64,000 bases of DNA from Gammaproteobacteria bacterium (GTDB lineage Bacteria; Pseudomonadota; Gammaproteobacteria; JABABF01): the NCBI GenBank assembly GCA_965237805.1, contig OZ250153.1, forward strand, positions 1,344,001-1,408,000. The letters run 5' to 3'. The notes under the pieces were generated by a model. It did not search any database, was not told the DNA's origin, and saw only the letters and a list, made by a program, of their open reading frames with translations. Positions 1 to 11,340 of this stretch are shown one piece after another (the stretch's first letter is position 1; each line of letters starts with the position of its first letter). A program made the translations under genes and the position numbers.

Positions 1-2507
1 GCCTGATTGCGATCGCCAATGGCACCGACCGGTAGGCGACGACCGTAGAGGGTATGGACAGCGCCATCGCGGCGCGCCAGCTCGCGGGTGTGCTCCATGT
101 AGTCCTGCACGCCGGGATAGCGTGCAAAATAGCTCTCCATATAGCGCCGCGCCTCGCTCTGCGGCACATCTAATTGGCGCGCCAAGCCGTAGGCCGACAT
201 GCCGTAGATCAGGCCGAAGTTGATCGCCTTGGCGTGGCGGCGCAGCTGGTTGTCCACCGCTGCCTCATCGCCGTCGGTGAATAGCTCGGCGGCGGTGGCT
301 CGGTGGATGTCGCGCCCCTCTGCGAAAGCCTGCGAGAGGCCGCGGTCACCGGAGCAGTGGGCCATGATACGCAGCTCGATCTGTGAGTAGTCACAGCACA
401 GCAGGCGGTAGCCTTCGGCCGGGATAAATGCTTGGCGGATGCGTCGCCCCTCGGCGGTGCGGATCGGGATGTTCTGCAGATTCGGATCGGCCGAGGACAG
501 TCGCCCAGTGGCCGTGACCGCTTGGTGGAAGGAGCTGTGAACCCGACCACTGCGCACGTTGACGCAGGCTGGCAGGCGGTCGGCGTAAGTGGACTTGAGT
601 TTGACTAGGCTGCGGTAGTCGAGGATCAGCTTGGCGATCTTGTGTTCGCGTGCCAGCTCCTGCAACACGGGCTCGGCGGTGGAGGGCTGGCCACTGGGTG
701 TCTTGCGACCGGCTGGCAGACCCATGCGCTCGTAGAGCACCTCCTGCAGCTGTTTGGGCGAGTTTAGATTGAAGCGCGTCTCGGCCATATCATGTGCTTG
801 GGCCTCGAGCGTCGCCGCCCGCTCGCCGAGTTCTGAGCCCAAGGCTTGCAGCTGTTCGCTGTCGATGCGAGCGCCCAAGCGCTCCATCTGCCCGAGTATC
901 GCTGACAGCGGCACATCCAACTCGCGATAGAGTGCGGCCAAGCGCGGGGCGCGCTTCAGTTCAGGCCATAGCACTTGGTGCAACTCCAAGGCCGCTACCG
1001 CATCCTCGACGGCGTAGGCGGCGGCTTCCTCCAGCCCCACTTGGCTGAAATTGAGCTGTGTGGCACCGTGGCCGACCACCTCCTTGTAGGAGGTCATTTG
1101 GCGTTGCAGATGGCGGGCGGCGAGGCTGTCTAAGTCGTGGCGACCGCCGGGGCGTAGCAGGTAGGATTCCAACATGGTATCGTGGCGCACGCCGCGCAGC
1201 TGGATGCCATGGTTCAGTAGCACGGCTCGGTCGTACTTCAGGTTCTGCCCCAGCTTGGAGAGCGTGGCGTCCTCCAGCAGTGGGCCGAGCGTTGCCCACA
1301 CCCTTGCTGCTGGCAGCTGCCGTGGATCCAGCTCGCCCGCCAAGGAGCTGCTACCGCTGGCTGAGCCCAGCAGATCCGTGTTGGCTAGGCGGTGGCCGAT
1401 CGGGATGTAGGCACCGGCACCGGGTTGCACCGCCAGCGCGATGCCGACCACCTCGGCTTCCATGTAGTGCAGGCTGGTGGTCTCCAAGTCCACCGACAGC
1501 AGCTCGGCCTTGCGCGCAGCCTCCAGCCAGCGCCCCAGTGTGGGCTCATCTAGCACCAGCTCCCAGTCGGGCGGGGGCACTGTGTTCACCGCCGCGCTGT
1601 CCATCTCGTCGTTGCCGCTGTCCAGCGCTTCGAGCCAGGTGCGGAACTCCAATTCCCGGTAGAGAGTGCGCAGGCGCTCGGTGTCCGGTGCGACTGTGCG
1701 CAGTGCCACCAAGTCCCGCTCCAGTGACACATCGCTTTTCAGCGTCGCCAGCTGGCGGGCGAGCAACACAGTGTCGCGATCCTCGGACAAGCCTTTGGCC
1801 AGTGCGTCGGCGCGACGCATACCGCTGGATGCGATCTCGTCCAAGTGCTCATAGATGGTGTCGATGCCGCCCCAGCGGGCGATCAGCTCGCGGGCGGTCT
1901 TGGCACCGACGCCGCGTGCGCCAGCGTAGTTGTCGCTGCTGTCACCGACCAGCGCCAAGTAGTCGACGATATGCTCTGGCGGCACACCGAACTTCTCGCG
2001 TACGCCGTCGGCATCGAGCTGTACTGCCGCGCCGCCGCCGCGCCGCAGGCTGTCCTCGAGCAATACGCCCGCGGCGACCAGCTGCGCTAAATCCTTGTCG
2101 CCGGATGATATGACGACCTCGCGACCGCCAGCGCGCGCCGTACGAGTTAAGGTGGCGATGACATCGTCGGCTTCGACCTCGGGCACTGCGAGCAGGGGCC
2201 AGCCCAGCGCCTCGATCAGCTGGTATAGCGGCTCGATTTGCACTCGCAACTCGGTGGGCATCGACGGGCGGTTGGCCTTGTAGCTCGTTTCGAGCTGGTG
2301 ACGGAAGGTGGGGCCGGGGGCATCGAAGACGACCACCATCTGGGCATCGGGGTAATCGCCGGCAAGGCGGCGCAACATGGCGATGACGCCGCGCACGGCA
2401 CCGGTGGGCTGGCCGCTGTGGGTGCTGAGTGCTGGCAAGGCGTGGTAGGCACGGTAGAGGCAGGAAGAGCCATCCACCAAGACTACCGGGGCGGTGGGTT
2501 CAGGCAT
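1..2507 (-). CDS. polA: DNA polymerase I (3' end runs off the window edge)
   Basis: Minus-strand translation from the ATG at 2507: MPEPTAPVVLVDGSSCLYRAYHA...EADDVIATL...SGDKDLAQL...GDSSDN (5'-3' exonuclease), then DLETT (3'-5' exonuclease), then PNLQNIPIR, DYSQIELR and AKAINFGLIYGMSAYGLA (polymerase motifs). Not in the ORF track because it is truncated. Confidence 0.97.
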   Translation of the reverse strand, partial: MPEPTAPVVLVDGSSCLYRAYHALPALSTHSGQPTGAVRGVIAMLRRLAGDYPDAQMVVVFDAPGPTFRHQLETSYKANRPSMPTELRVQIEPLYQLIEALGWPLLAVPEVEADDVIATLTRTARAGGREVVISSGDKDLAQLVAAGVLLEDSLRRGGGAAVQLDADGVREKFGVPPEHIVDYLALVGDSSDNYAGARGVGAKTARELIARWGGIDTIYEHLDEIASSGMRRADALAKGLSEDRDTVLLARQLATLKSDVSLERDLVALRTVAPDTERLRTLYRELEFRTWLEALDSGNDEMDSAAVNTVPPPDWELVLDEPTLGRWLEAARKAELLSVDLETTSLHYMEAEVVGIALAVQPGAGAYIPIGHRLANTDLLGSASGSSSLAGELDPRQLPAARVWATLGPLLEDATLSKLGQNLKYDRAVLLNHGIQLRGVRHDTMLESYLLRPGGRHDLDSLAARHLQRQMTSYKEVVGHGATQLNFSQVGLEEAAAYAVEDAVAALELHQVLWPELKRAPRLAALYRELDVPLSAILGQMERLGARIDSEQLQALGSELGERAATLEAQAHDMAETRFNLNSPKQLQEVLYERMGLPAGRKTPSGQPSTAEPVLQELAREHKIAKLILDYRSLVKLKSTYADRLPACVNVRSGRVHSSFHQAVTATGRLSSADPNLQNIPIRTAEGRRIRQAFIPAEGYRLLCCDYSQIELRIMAHCSGDRGLSQAFAEGRDIHRATAAELFTDGDEAAVDNQLRRHAKAINFGLIYGMSAYGLARQLDVPQSEARRYMESYFARYPGVQDYMEHTRELARRDGAVHTLYGRRLPVGAIGDRNQ

Positions 2508-2672
2508 GTTGGCGCTGGGCGCTGGGGTGGATCATCGTCACAGCATTTTAGCGCTGGCTGGTGGGATGATCGGCAGTGGGGGCGGGCATTATATGTTTGT
2601 CTTGGAGAGTGGTCATGCTACTACTAAACTTGCTGTATTTTGGCCGTGCTGCCCGCCTTTGGAGAATCAATT

Positions 2673-3353
2673 GTGATCGGTTTCCGGCGGGTGATGTCAT
2701 GGTGTTCGCAATCTTTTATCGCCTCAGCTTTCCATTATCTGTACTATCATTCTTCCGACACATGGCAAAAAAATACTTTTCTCGGCTACCGTATTGCGCA
2801 GTGTCCACTGGATCTGCATCTCTACCAAGAGCTGGTCTATCGACTGCGCCCGGCGGCCATTATCCAAACCGGAGTGTTTGATGGGGGATCCATCCTCTAT
2901 TTTGCTTCGCTGCTGGATCTGATGGGCATGCCTCCCAGCGCAGTGGTCTATGGTGTTGACATCGAACTTTCTGAGCGGGCGCGCAGTCTGAGTCACCCTC
3001 GGATCCGGTTGATCGAAGGGAATTCGGTTGATTCAGATTTGGTCGCGGACATCCGCGAAAATTTGCCGCCCGGAGATGTTTTGGTCTCTTTGGACTCTGA
3101 TCACAGCAAAGCCCATGTCGTGGCCGAGTTGGCCGCCTACAAGGATTTCGTCGGTGTCGGCTCTTATCTCGTCGTCGAGGACACGAATATTAACGGACAC
3201 CCCGTCTTTGAATCTTTTGGGCCGGGTGGGGGGCCGTACGAGGCGGTGGCCGAGTTCTTGGTAGAGAACAAGAATTTCAAGCGTGACGATGCCTTGTGGA
3301 AGCGCAACAAGTTTTCCTTCCACCAATATGGTTGGCTCAAGCGGGTGCAGTAG
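2673..3353 (+). CDS. CmcI/cephalosporin hydroxylase-family SAM-dependent methyltransferase
   Basis: Motifs [61 protein letters not shown] before the GTG at 2673. Confidence 0.85.
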   Translation: MIGFRRVMSWCSQSFIASAFHYLYYHSSDTWQKNTFLGYRIAQCPLDLHLYQELVYRLRPAAIIQTGVFDGGSILYFASLLDLMGMPPSAVVYGVDIELSERARSLSHPRIRLIEGNSVDSDLVADIRENLPPGDVLVSLDSDHSKAHVVAELAAYKDFVGVGSYLVVEDTNINGHPVFESFGPGGGPYEAVAEFLVENKNFKRDDALWKRNKFSFHQYGWLKRVQ

Positions 3354-3425
3354 AGAGAGGGGGGCGCGGCTTCGCTTGGTTTGAGTAGACAGTCAATCAG
3401 CTGCGTGCGTATTGTGGCGTGTGCC

Positions 3426-3803
3426 TCAATCCAATGAGAAAGACGAGCCACAGCCGCAGGTGACGGTGGCGCGTGGATTGTTGACCACGAAACGCGAACC
3501 CTGCAGGCCCTCCTCGTAGTCCACTTCAGAGCCAGCCAGATAGGGCAGGCTGGTGGCGTCGACCAACAACGCGGCACCGTCGGCTTCGATCACCGTGTCG
3601 TCTTCGGCGGGAAATTCGTCGAAAGTAAAGCCGTACTCAAAGCCAGCGCAGCCGCCGCCAGTGATGAAGAGCCGCAATTTGAGTGTTTTGTTGCCCTCGT
3701 CCTCGACCAGCTGGCGCACACGCGCAGCGGCGCACGGCGTGAAGCTGAGGGCTGCGGTGGTGCTTTGCATCTCGGCCCCCATTGGGCTGTCCATAGCGGT
3801 CAT
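3426..3803 (-). CDS. erpA: Iron-sulfur cluster insertion protein ErpA (A-type carrier)
   Basis: [20 protein letters not shown] and [15 protein letters not shown]. The true start may be one of the downstream Mets. Confidence 0.92.
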   Translation of the reverse strand: MTAMDSPMGAEMQSTTAALSFTPCAAARVRQLVEDEGNKTLKLRLFITGGGCAGFEYGFTFDEFPAEDDTVIEADGAALLVDATSLPYLAGSEVDYEEGLQGSRFVVNNPRATVTCGCGSSFSLD

Positions 3804-3890
3804 ATCCGGTGGTGTGGTGTCAGCTGTCTGGTCATTTTACGCTGAGGGAGCTAAGGCGTGGGGATGAACCATGCTCGGCGGGCTCGCCGC

Positions 3891-3967
<77 letters not shown>

Positions 3968-4063
3968 GGAAAATATGTCGCGAGCTGCTTGGCGTCGCTC
4001 TGCGCGAGCTGGCTGAGGGCTGGCGACCATGCGAAGCATGATGGTGGGACACGCCGATTATTC

Positions 4064-4091
4064 GTTTAGTACTGATAGGTGTGGACGCTTG
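4064..4091 (-). other. 3' arm of the pre-16S RNase III processing stem
   Basis: Minus-strand CAAGCGTCCACACCTATCAGTACTAAAC is complementary to the leader GTTTAGACACTTATAGGTGTGGGCGCTTG (5942-5970). Confidence 0.75.
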
Positions 4092-4211
4092 AGCCGAAGG
4101 CTTGCACGGCGCAGTCGTTGCGCTGGCACGGCGGCGGCAAGCCACAGGCGTGCGCTCCGAGGAGCGTCACCGTGTACTGCCGTGCGCCGAGGGCACAAGA
4201 CCGCATTGCGA

Positions 4212-5745
<1,534 letters not shown>

Positions 5746-5787
5746 GATGTTCAAGTAACCGCCGAAGCGGCTACCTGCACATGATTT

Positions 5788-5799
5788 TGCCAAAGAGCG
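5788..5799 (-). promoter_or_regulatory. boxA-like antitermination site upstream of the 16S
   Basis: Minus strand GCTCTTTGGCAA (consensus GCTCTTTAACAA), with TATAAT at 5819-5824 just upstream. Confidence 0.55.
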
Positions 5800-5941
5800 A
5801 TGGCTGAACGCACCGAAAATTATATTGACTATATTGACGGTATAGTTCGCTTATGCCAATTTGGCTATTATTGCGCTAACCGCGCAACGCCTTCATATGC
5901 TCTGGCGATGATGCCCCCTGAGGGGCCGCCGGAACTCAACA

Positions 5942-5991
5942 CAAGCGCCCACACCTATAAGTGTCTAAACTGTCTCTAATTGACAAATAAC
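5942..5991 (-). promoter_or_regulatory. rrn leader: degenerate boxA plus boxC (5' arm of the processing stem)
   Basis: GTTATTTGTCAA...GGTGTGGGCGCTTG, the layout typical of gammaproteobacterial rrn leaders. Pairs with 4064-4091. Confidence 0.65.
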
Positions 5992-6063
5992 TCACCTCTC
6001 TCGGCACAGCCTTTGAGGCGATGCAGGGAGCCGATCGACCAAAATCGATACAGGCGACTAATA

Positions 6064-6093
6064 AGTATATGGCAGATTCAATCGGCGCGTCAA
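6064..6093 (-). promoter_or_regulatory. Candidate sigma70 promoter for the rrn transcript
   Basis: TTGACG-N18-TATACT on the minus strand, upstream of the leader. Confidence 0.5.
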
Positions 6094-7064
6094 GGAGACG
6101 GGCGTCGTCACAGCACGAGTCCGGCAGTCGGCGCACCGCTCAGCTGCGCTCTATCGAGGATGCGTTGCGCTACTTGGGGCTGTTGCCACTACCCTTGCTC
6201 TATGCGCTGATCGGCCCTCTTGCGTTGCTGTTCCTCGTGCCACAGCCGTGGTATTGGCGGCGAATCTTTGGCAATATGCGCTATGTTGAGCTGGGTTGCT
6301 CGCGCCGCCACATGATCTGGGTTGGCCTGCGCCGCGCCCTGTATTTTGGCGAGCAGTTGGCTGAATGGCTGCGCACACCGTGGGTCGACACGGCGCTCCT
6401 GACCAGTCGCAGGGCACCGTTGTCGCCGGAGGTGCCGCGGGTGCTGGCCTCGCAACAGGGGCATCCTGGTCCGGTATTCCTGCTGGGTTGCCACCAGGGC
6501 AGCTTCCTGTGGTCGATGCTGGCCGTGCGTTTCCATTTCGCCCCTTGGCTCCAAGCGCCAGCCGTTGGCATTTTCCAGCGTCAGCACGGCCTCAATTTAC
6601 GCAATCTGCTATGCCGCTACGACCGGCAATACCGGGCTGATTTCTTGGATTCCGGACGACCTTTTATGCGCTGGCTGGCAGCTCGGCGCCGCACCGGCAC
6701 ACCCAGCTTGGTGTTCGCGCTCGGCGACAACGCCGCCATGCCAGACAGTCTGGCAGGGTCTATCGTGCAAGTGCCGATGCTCGGCGGAGAGCGTTGTTTG
6801 CGCCGTGATCTCGGTGCGGTGGCCGTCAACGTGGGTGCGCCGATCTTTTTTTTGCACAGCCGCCGGATCGGGCTCGGCCATTATGAAACATCGCTGGAGC
6901 TGATTGGCGAGCCGCCCTATGGCAACGATGGTGTTGAGCGGGTGCTGCGCCGCTATGCGGAGCTCACAGCCAGCGCCTATGCCGAGGCGCCGCAGTTCAG
7001 CCAGCTGCTATTGAATAACCCCCGTCGTTGGGTGCCGCTTGAGCTGTCTGGTTGCAAGGGCTGA
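6069..7064 (+). CDS. Lipid A late acyltransferase (LpxL/HtrB)-like lysophospholipid acyltransferase family protein
   Basis: N-terminal membrane anchor (LGLLPLPLLYAL), LLGCHQGSF near the catalytic-His position, FALGD, VPMLG, APIFF, C-terminal APQF..RRW. Start uncertain. Confidence 0.65.
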   Translation: MADSIGASRRRASSQHESGSRRTAQLRSIEDALRYLGLLPLPLLYALIGPLALLFLVPQPWYWRRIFGNMRYVELGCSRRHMIWVGLRRALYFGEQLAEWLRTPWVDTALLTSRRAPLSPEVPRVLASQQGHPGPVFLLGCHQGSFLWSMLAVRFHFAPWLQAPAVGIFQRQHGLNLRNLLCRYDRQYRADFLDSGRPFMRWLAARRRTGTPSLVFALGDNAAMPDSLAGSIVQVPMLGGERCLRRDLGAVAVNVGAPIFFLHSRRIGLGHYETSLELIGEPPYGNDGVERVLRRYAELTASAYAEAPQFSQLLLNNPRRWVPLELSGCKG

Positions 7065-7085
7065 GTGCGCCATGCTGGCTGCCCG

Positions 7086-7859
7086 CTATTCCGCGTTGTA
7101 GGGCGGGCCGCTATATGTCAGCCAATGATTCTGTGCCCAGCCAACCTTGCCGAAGCCCCGCCGGAGCCCTTTGCCCCACCAGCCCTCACGACAGACCTCA
7201 TCCGGCAACGGACGGCCATGAAATACCACAATGCGTACATTGCTGGGAAGTGCGCGAGTACGGCACAGGAAATTCCATGGCGGGGAGTGCATCAGATCCG
7301 CCTTGAAGCTGAGGCATAAGCCTTTGGGCCAGTACGCCAACCCCTGCGCATGCGTGACCAAAAAACGCTGCTCATTGCGAAAGCTTGTAAAGGCGGCTTC
7401 TGGGTCGGCCATAAAGGCGTGATAAATCTGAGCCTGGGCACCTAGGTCAAAGGCGAATACAGAAGAATTCCCCCCCACCTGATCCCGTCGCATCAGGCGG
7501 TGCCCAATTTGCGCCCATTCTCTAATGATCAGTAGTGGTTGTTGCGAGTCAAAAAAAACATCGAGACTACCTGTGATCACAATGTCCACATCCAGAAATA
7601 AAACACGCCCTTCGATCTGATGCAGTGCGGGCGCAAAGACGCAAAGCTTTTGCCAGCCGCCATGTGCCAGACGCTCTGGCGACAAGCCGATATCGGGCAA
7701 AGGATAGGCTTCGATAGAGCGATCCAAGCCGCTGTCATCATCGGTCAAACAAATGAAACGAAATGGCTGCTCCAAATTAGCTGACACTGCACGGTAAAGG
7801 ATATTGACATAATCCGCAGAATACGCTGTCCCCCATTTCATACACAGTACTGTTGCCAT
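7086..7859 (-). CDS. Glycosyltransferase (GT-A fold, DxD motif)
   Basis: VLCMKWGTAYSADYVNILYRAV..RFICLTDD..GWQKL..LFLDVDIVI..NSSV..NEQ..VVFHGRPLP. Confidence 0.8.
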   Translation of the reverse strand: MATVLCMKWGTAYSADYVNILYRAVSANLEQPFRFICLTDDDSGLDRSIEAYPLPDIGLSPERLAHGGWQKLCVFAPALHQIEGRVLFLDVDIVITGSLDVFFDSQQPLLIIREWAQIGHRLMRRDQVGGNSSVFAFDLGAQAQIYHAFMADPEAAFTSFRNEQRFLVTHAQGLAYWPKGLCLSFKADLMHSPPWNFLCRTRALPSNVRIVVFHGRPLPDEVCREGWWGKGLRRGFGKVGWAQNHWLTYSGPPYNAE

Positions 7860-7861
7860 TG

Positions 7862-10180
7862 TCAGCGCCGCCACCCAGCTTGGTTTTCAAGCAGTTTCAG
7901 GATTCTTTGGAACCGTGCGAAACTGTAGATCATTGCATAGCAGAATCCTTGCAATCCCCCGAAAATACAGCCACGTATAATATAGAACTTTACAAAAAAT
8001 ATTGGCATTTCAAAGAATAGACGCCAAGACAGTACTCGCAACGGCTTGGAGATCCGTTGTTGCTCCAGATCGGAATACGCGTTCTCTTTTTCTGCTACCT
8101 GCCATATCGACCTGACCGCGATATGAAACATACGACCTTTTAGGGTTTTTATTTTAGAGCCCGTGCGATCTAATCCTTCCACCACTGTTTCGCTGTTATA
8201 GTCGGTTTGGCGGCTATCATAAAGTCGTGGGAAGTGATGGCGTTTCATAAATGTGCGATTCTCAATTCTCCCTAAATACACATCATTGCGCCCGAGTGCA
8301 TAGGCGGCTTGCTCTGGCTTGCCATCCTTGAACAGCTCTCGAATGGATTGGATGAGTTGTTGATCGAGCCACTCGTCAGCATCCAAATGGAGTACCCATC
8401 CTCTGGGAATTTGTGTCGTCGCAAACTGTTTCTGTTTCCCATAACCTTCCCAATCATGATGGATGACGCGTGCGCCGTAAGATTCAGCGATGGCTTGTGT
8501 GCCATCGGTTGAGCCGCTGTCGATCACCACGATCTCACGCGCCAATGATTGCATAGACGCCAAAGCGCGACCGATCCGATCCGCTTCGTTATAGGCGATG
8601 ATATAGCCGCAAAGTGCTAAGGCAGGCAGCGCTTGCAAAGCCTCGGCAGACAGCGGTGGGAGTGTGGGGCGCTGCGCCTCATTTTCCGTCCACCCCAGTT
8701 TCTTTTCAATCTCCATCGCTGTGCGCAAGAAGCGCACATAGGCTCGAATCATAGAGTAAGCAAAGCCTTTCTGCCCGCCGAGGATATGGTGCCTCAGAAA
8801 ATAATGTTTCAGAAAACATTGGGGGAAGTTACAGAACAATGACATGATTAAAACAGGCAAAGATCTATCGCGCATACCGACTCTGGCATAGTGCATCTCT
8901 TTTTGCACCATATGGCCAACTTTGCGCGCATGCGCATGGTATAACACGCCATTTAAAGTGCCTGTTTTACCTGCTGGTCGTGACACAGATGTGTGTAAAG
9001 GAATGGCGGTGAAACGACTTTTTCTCCGATCATATAGTCTGGGCAAGTGCTCTAAATTCATATGCCAGCGCATCGCCCGATCACCAAAGTAAATGTCTCC
9101 GCGTCGTAAGCACCACACGGGCTTGTCGGGATCGCCATGTGCAAATAGACGGCGTATACTTCCCACCAGTTCTATATCCAACCATTCATCGGCATCTATG
9201 TTGAGTAGCCAGTTATTGCTGCACTGATCTTCGGCAAATCGTTTTTGTGGGCCATCGCCGCTCCATTCTTGGTGAAACACTTTTGCGCCATAGCTTTCCG
9301 CGATTTTTACCGTCTCATCCGTTGATCCACTATCGACCACAATAATTTCATCCACGAGCTGTCTGACAGAAATCATAGCTCGCTCTATGCGATCGGCCTC
9401 ATTGTGTGCGACGATGAAGCAAGAAATCGGCAAAGATGTTGTCATATCTGGCCACGACGGAAGGGTTGCTTTGCGCTTCCGAATAGAATTGCGTAGCCTC
9501 TGAACAACGTTTGGCTTGCGCCAAAATATTTCCGAGACATGACGGTGTTTCCCAATATCTTGGACACCGCCATTCTCGAGCGCGGCCACATGATAGCCCA
9601 GTTCCTTTGCGTGGATAGAGATGTTGGCCTCGTTCAGATGCAGACGAAATGGGCCGAGCCGCTCGTAGTCCGATCGGCGCCTCAGTCCCGGATTAAAGGA
9701 ATAGCCATGCCAAATTGGGTGTGTGGTGGGATCGATGGGGCGATAGCGAATCGATTTATGCTCAACCAATGGCACATCGATGATGCTGACAGCGCCTTCT
9801 CGGGGGTCTCTGATCAACACCTGAACCAGTTCTTTGAAATCCTCCAACAACACCAAAGAAGGCTTGATAAAACCAGATTTGCTGAAGTGCCAGTCATCCT
9901 CACAATGAAAGATATACGGGGTGGTGACACGTTGATATGCGGTGTCGATGGATGGTAATTGTCCGCGCGGTATTGCATTGAAGATGACATCGAATTGCGC
10001 GTTCTGGAACTGCTCGAGCACCTGATAAACAGCGGGGTCTCCCGAGTCTTCTGTAAGGATAAAATGATCGATCAACTCGGCATCATCGTGGCTGAAGAAA
10101 CTCTTCAGTGTTGTCTCCAAAAGATCGAAGCGCCCACAAGATGTCAACACTAAAGTTATTTGCTGATGGGCTGGGTTCAT
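7862..10180 (-). CDS. Three-domain glycosyltransferase fusion (GT-A domain plus two WaaE/KdtX-like GT2 domains)
   Basis: Domain 1: LTSCGRFDLL..EDS..FHCEDDW..SFNPGL. Domains 2 and 3 each have IA(H/Y)NEADRI..DSGSTD.T..DADEW. Confidence 0.88.
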   Translation of the reverse strand: MNPAHQQITLVLTSCGRFDLLETTLKSFFSHDDAELIDHFILTEDSGDPAVYQVLEQFQNAQFDVIFNAIPRGQLPSIDTAYQRVTTPYIFHCEDDWHFSKSGFIKPSLVLLEDFKELVQVLIRDPREGAVSIIDVPLVEHKSIRYRPIDPTTHPIWHGYSFNPGLRRRSDYERLGPFRLHLNEANISIHAKELGYHVAALENGGVQDIGKHRHVSEIFWRKPNVVQRLRNSIRKRKATLPSWPDMTTSLPISCFIVAHNEADRIERAMISVRQLVDEIIVVDSGSTDETVKIAESYGAKVFHQEWSGDGPQKRFAEDQCSNNWLLNIDADEWLDIELVGSIRRLFAHGDPDKPVWCLRRGDIYFGDRAMRWHMNLEHLPRLYDRRKSRFTAIPLHTSVSRPAGKTGTLNGVLYHAHARKVGHMVQKEMHYARVGMRDRSLPVLIMSLFCNFPQCFLKHYFLRHHILGGQKGFAYSMIRAYVRFLRTAMEIEKKLGWTENEAQRPTLPPLSAEALQALPALALCGYIIAYNEADRIGRALASMQSLAREIVVIDSGSTDGTQAIAESYGARVIHHDWEGYGKQKQFATTQIPRGWVLHLDADEWLDQQLIQSIRELFKDGKPEQAAYALGRNDVYLGRIENRTFMKRHHFPRLYDSRQTDYNSETVVEGLDRTGSKIKTLKGRMFHIAVRSIWQVAEKENAYSDLEQQRISKPLRVLSWRLFFEMPIFFVKFYIIRGCIFGGLQGFCYAMIYSFARFQRILKLLENQAGWRR

Positions 10181-10270
10181 CTGTAGTTTCTTTGGCTTTG
10201 GCCCAATGTTGGTGTATACGGGATGTATGATTGGTTCGGATGTATTGCGGGGAAGAGCTGGGTTGCCCCT

Positions 10271-10594
10271 TTATCGTTCCAGATATTTGAGTTTATCTTT
10301 GACATCTGTCCACTCTGCGGCTTCGAGCAGAGGGTCTTTTTTCTCAGTGATATTTGGCCAAGTTTCAGCCAACTCGGCATTCAACGGCATGTATTCCTTC
10401 AGCTCCTCCGGTAGGTCGTCTTCGGCGAAGATGGCTTCGACGGGGCATTCGGGAACACACAGGGCACAATCGATGCATTCGTCTGGGTGAATGACAAGAA
10501 AGTTGGGACCTTCATAGAAACAGTCCACCGGGCACACGGAAACGCAGTCCGTATGCTTGCATTTAATGCAGCTGTCGGTGACGACAAAAGTCAT
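10271..10594 (-). CDS. fdxA: 7Fe ferredoxin FdxA
   Basis: [51 protein letters not shown], 107 aa. Confidence 0.95.
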   Translation of the reverse strand: MTFVVTDSCIKCKHTDCVSVCPVDCFYEGPNFLVIHPDECIDCALCVPECPVEAIFAEDDLPEELKEYMPLNAELAETWPNITEKKDPLLEAAEWTDVKDKLKYLER

Positions 10595-10740
10595 TTGCTC
10601 TTCCTCTACGCACAGCGATCTCCGGCAATCATAGCCCCCCCAAGTATTGCCCTTGACGGCGTACGCCACATACGATAGCGCGCCGCGATTATACCACTCG
10701 CCCCCGGTGGTGCCGACTGTCCCGCTGGCTCTGCGCCAGA

Positions 10741-11340
10741 CTAGCAGGGAGGGTTGGCGATGATGGTGTAGTGGAGGACGACGGCACCTGGCGGATTGCA
10801 GATGAATGTGCCGCCGCAGGACAGGCTAAAACCCGCTGGGCAGTAGGTGGCTCGGTAGACGAAGTGCACGCCACATTGATCCCATGGGCACGGGCCGGTC
10901 GGATTACCGTAGGCATCCGTACACTGCCGGTAAGAACCGCCGACCCAAGTCCAGTCTCGATCCTTGACTTCGCAGACTGCCAGTGCCGGGTCATTGGGCA
11001 CCCGTGCGAGGAAACTGTCGAATTCCGTCTTGCTGCCTAAGAAGACGGCGATGTCTGCGTCGTGGTTATTGATGATCCGCCACGGGTAGGGCTTGGGTTC
11101 GATATAAGGCGATAGTGCCCAACGTGCGACCACGGTGCCCGAACTATGAGCTGGCACGCGCATGATGTCGACATCGTCGGGGAAGTTCCCGCAGTCCAGA
11201 TAGATGCTTCGAGACAAGGATTCTGGGCAGGTCCATGCCGCCGATGGCGCGCCCCTTAGTAGCAACGGCAACAGGGTGCCGAGTGCGCTCAGCACCAAGG
11301 CGGTCGCCACCATGTGCATGAATGATGCATTGCGGTTCAT
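10741..11340 (-). CDS. Cys-rich secreted hypothetical protein, last gene of the pil operon (possible tip adhesin)
   Basis: Hydrophobic signal peptide, 10 Cys, CPAGF motif. Its start overlaps the pilV-like stop (ATGA). Confidence 0.6.
   Translation of the reverse strand: MNRNASFMHMVATALVLSALGTLLPLLLRGAPSAAWTCPESLSRSIYLDCGNFPDDVDIMRVPAHSSGTVVARWALSPYIEPKPYPWRIINNHDADIAVFLGSKTEFDSFLARVPNDPALAVCEVKDRDWTWVGGSYRQCTDAYGNPTGPCPWDQCGVHFVYRATYCPAGFSLSCGGTFICNPPGAVVLHYTIIANPPC

Noticed and set aside
1058-2113. 351-aa plus-strand ORF, and similar long ORFs at 45522-46859 (-), 62306-63364 (+) and 62673-63995 (-)
   Set aside because: Shadow frames of polA, coxA, ctaA and recQ in high-GC DNA, with no recognisable motifs.
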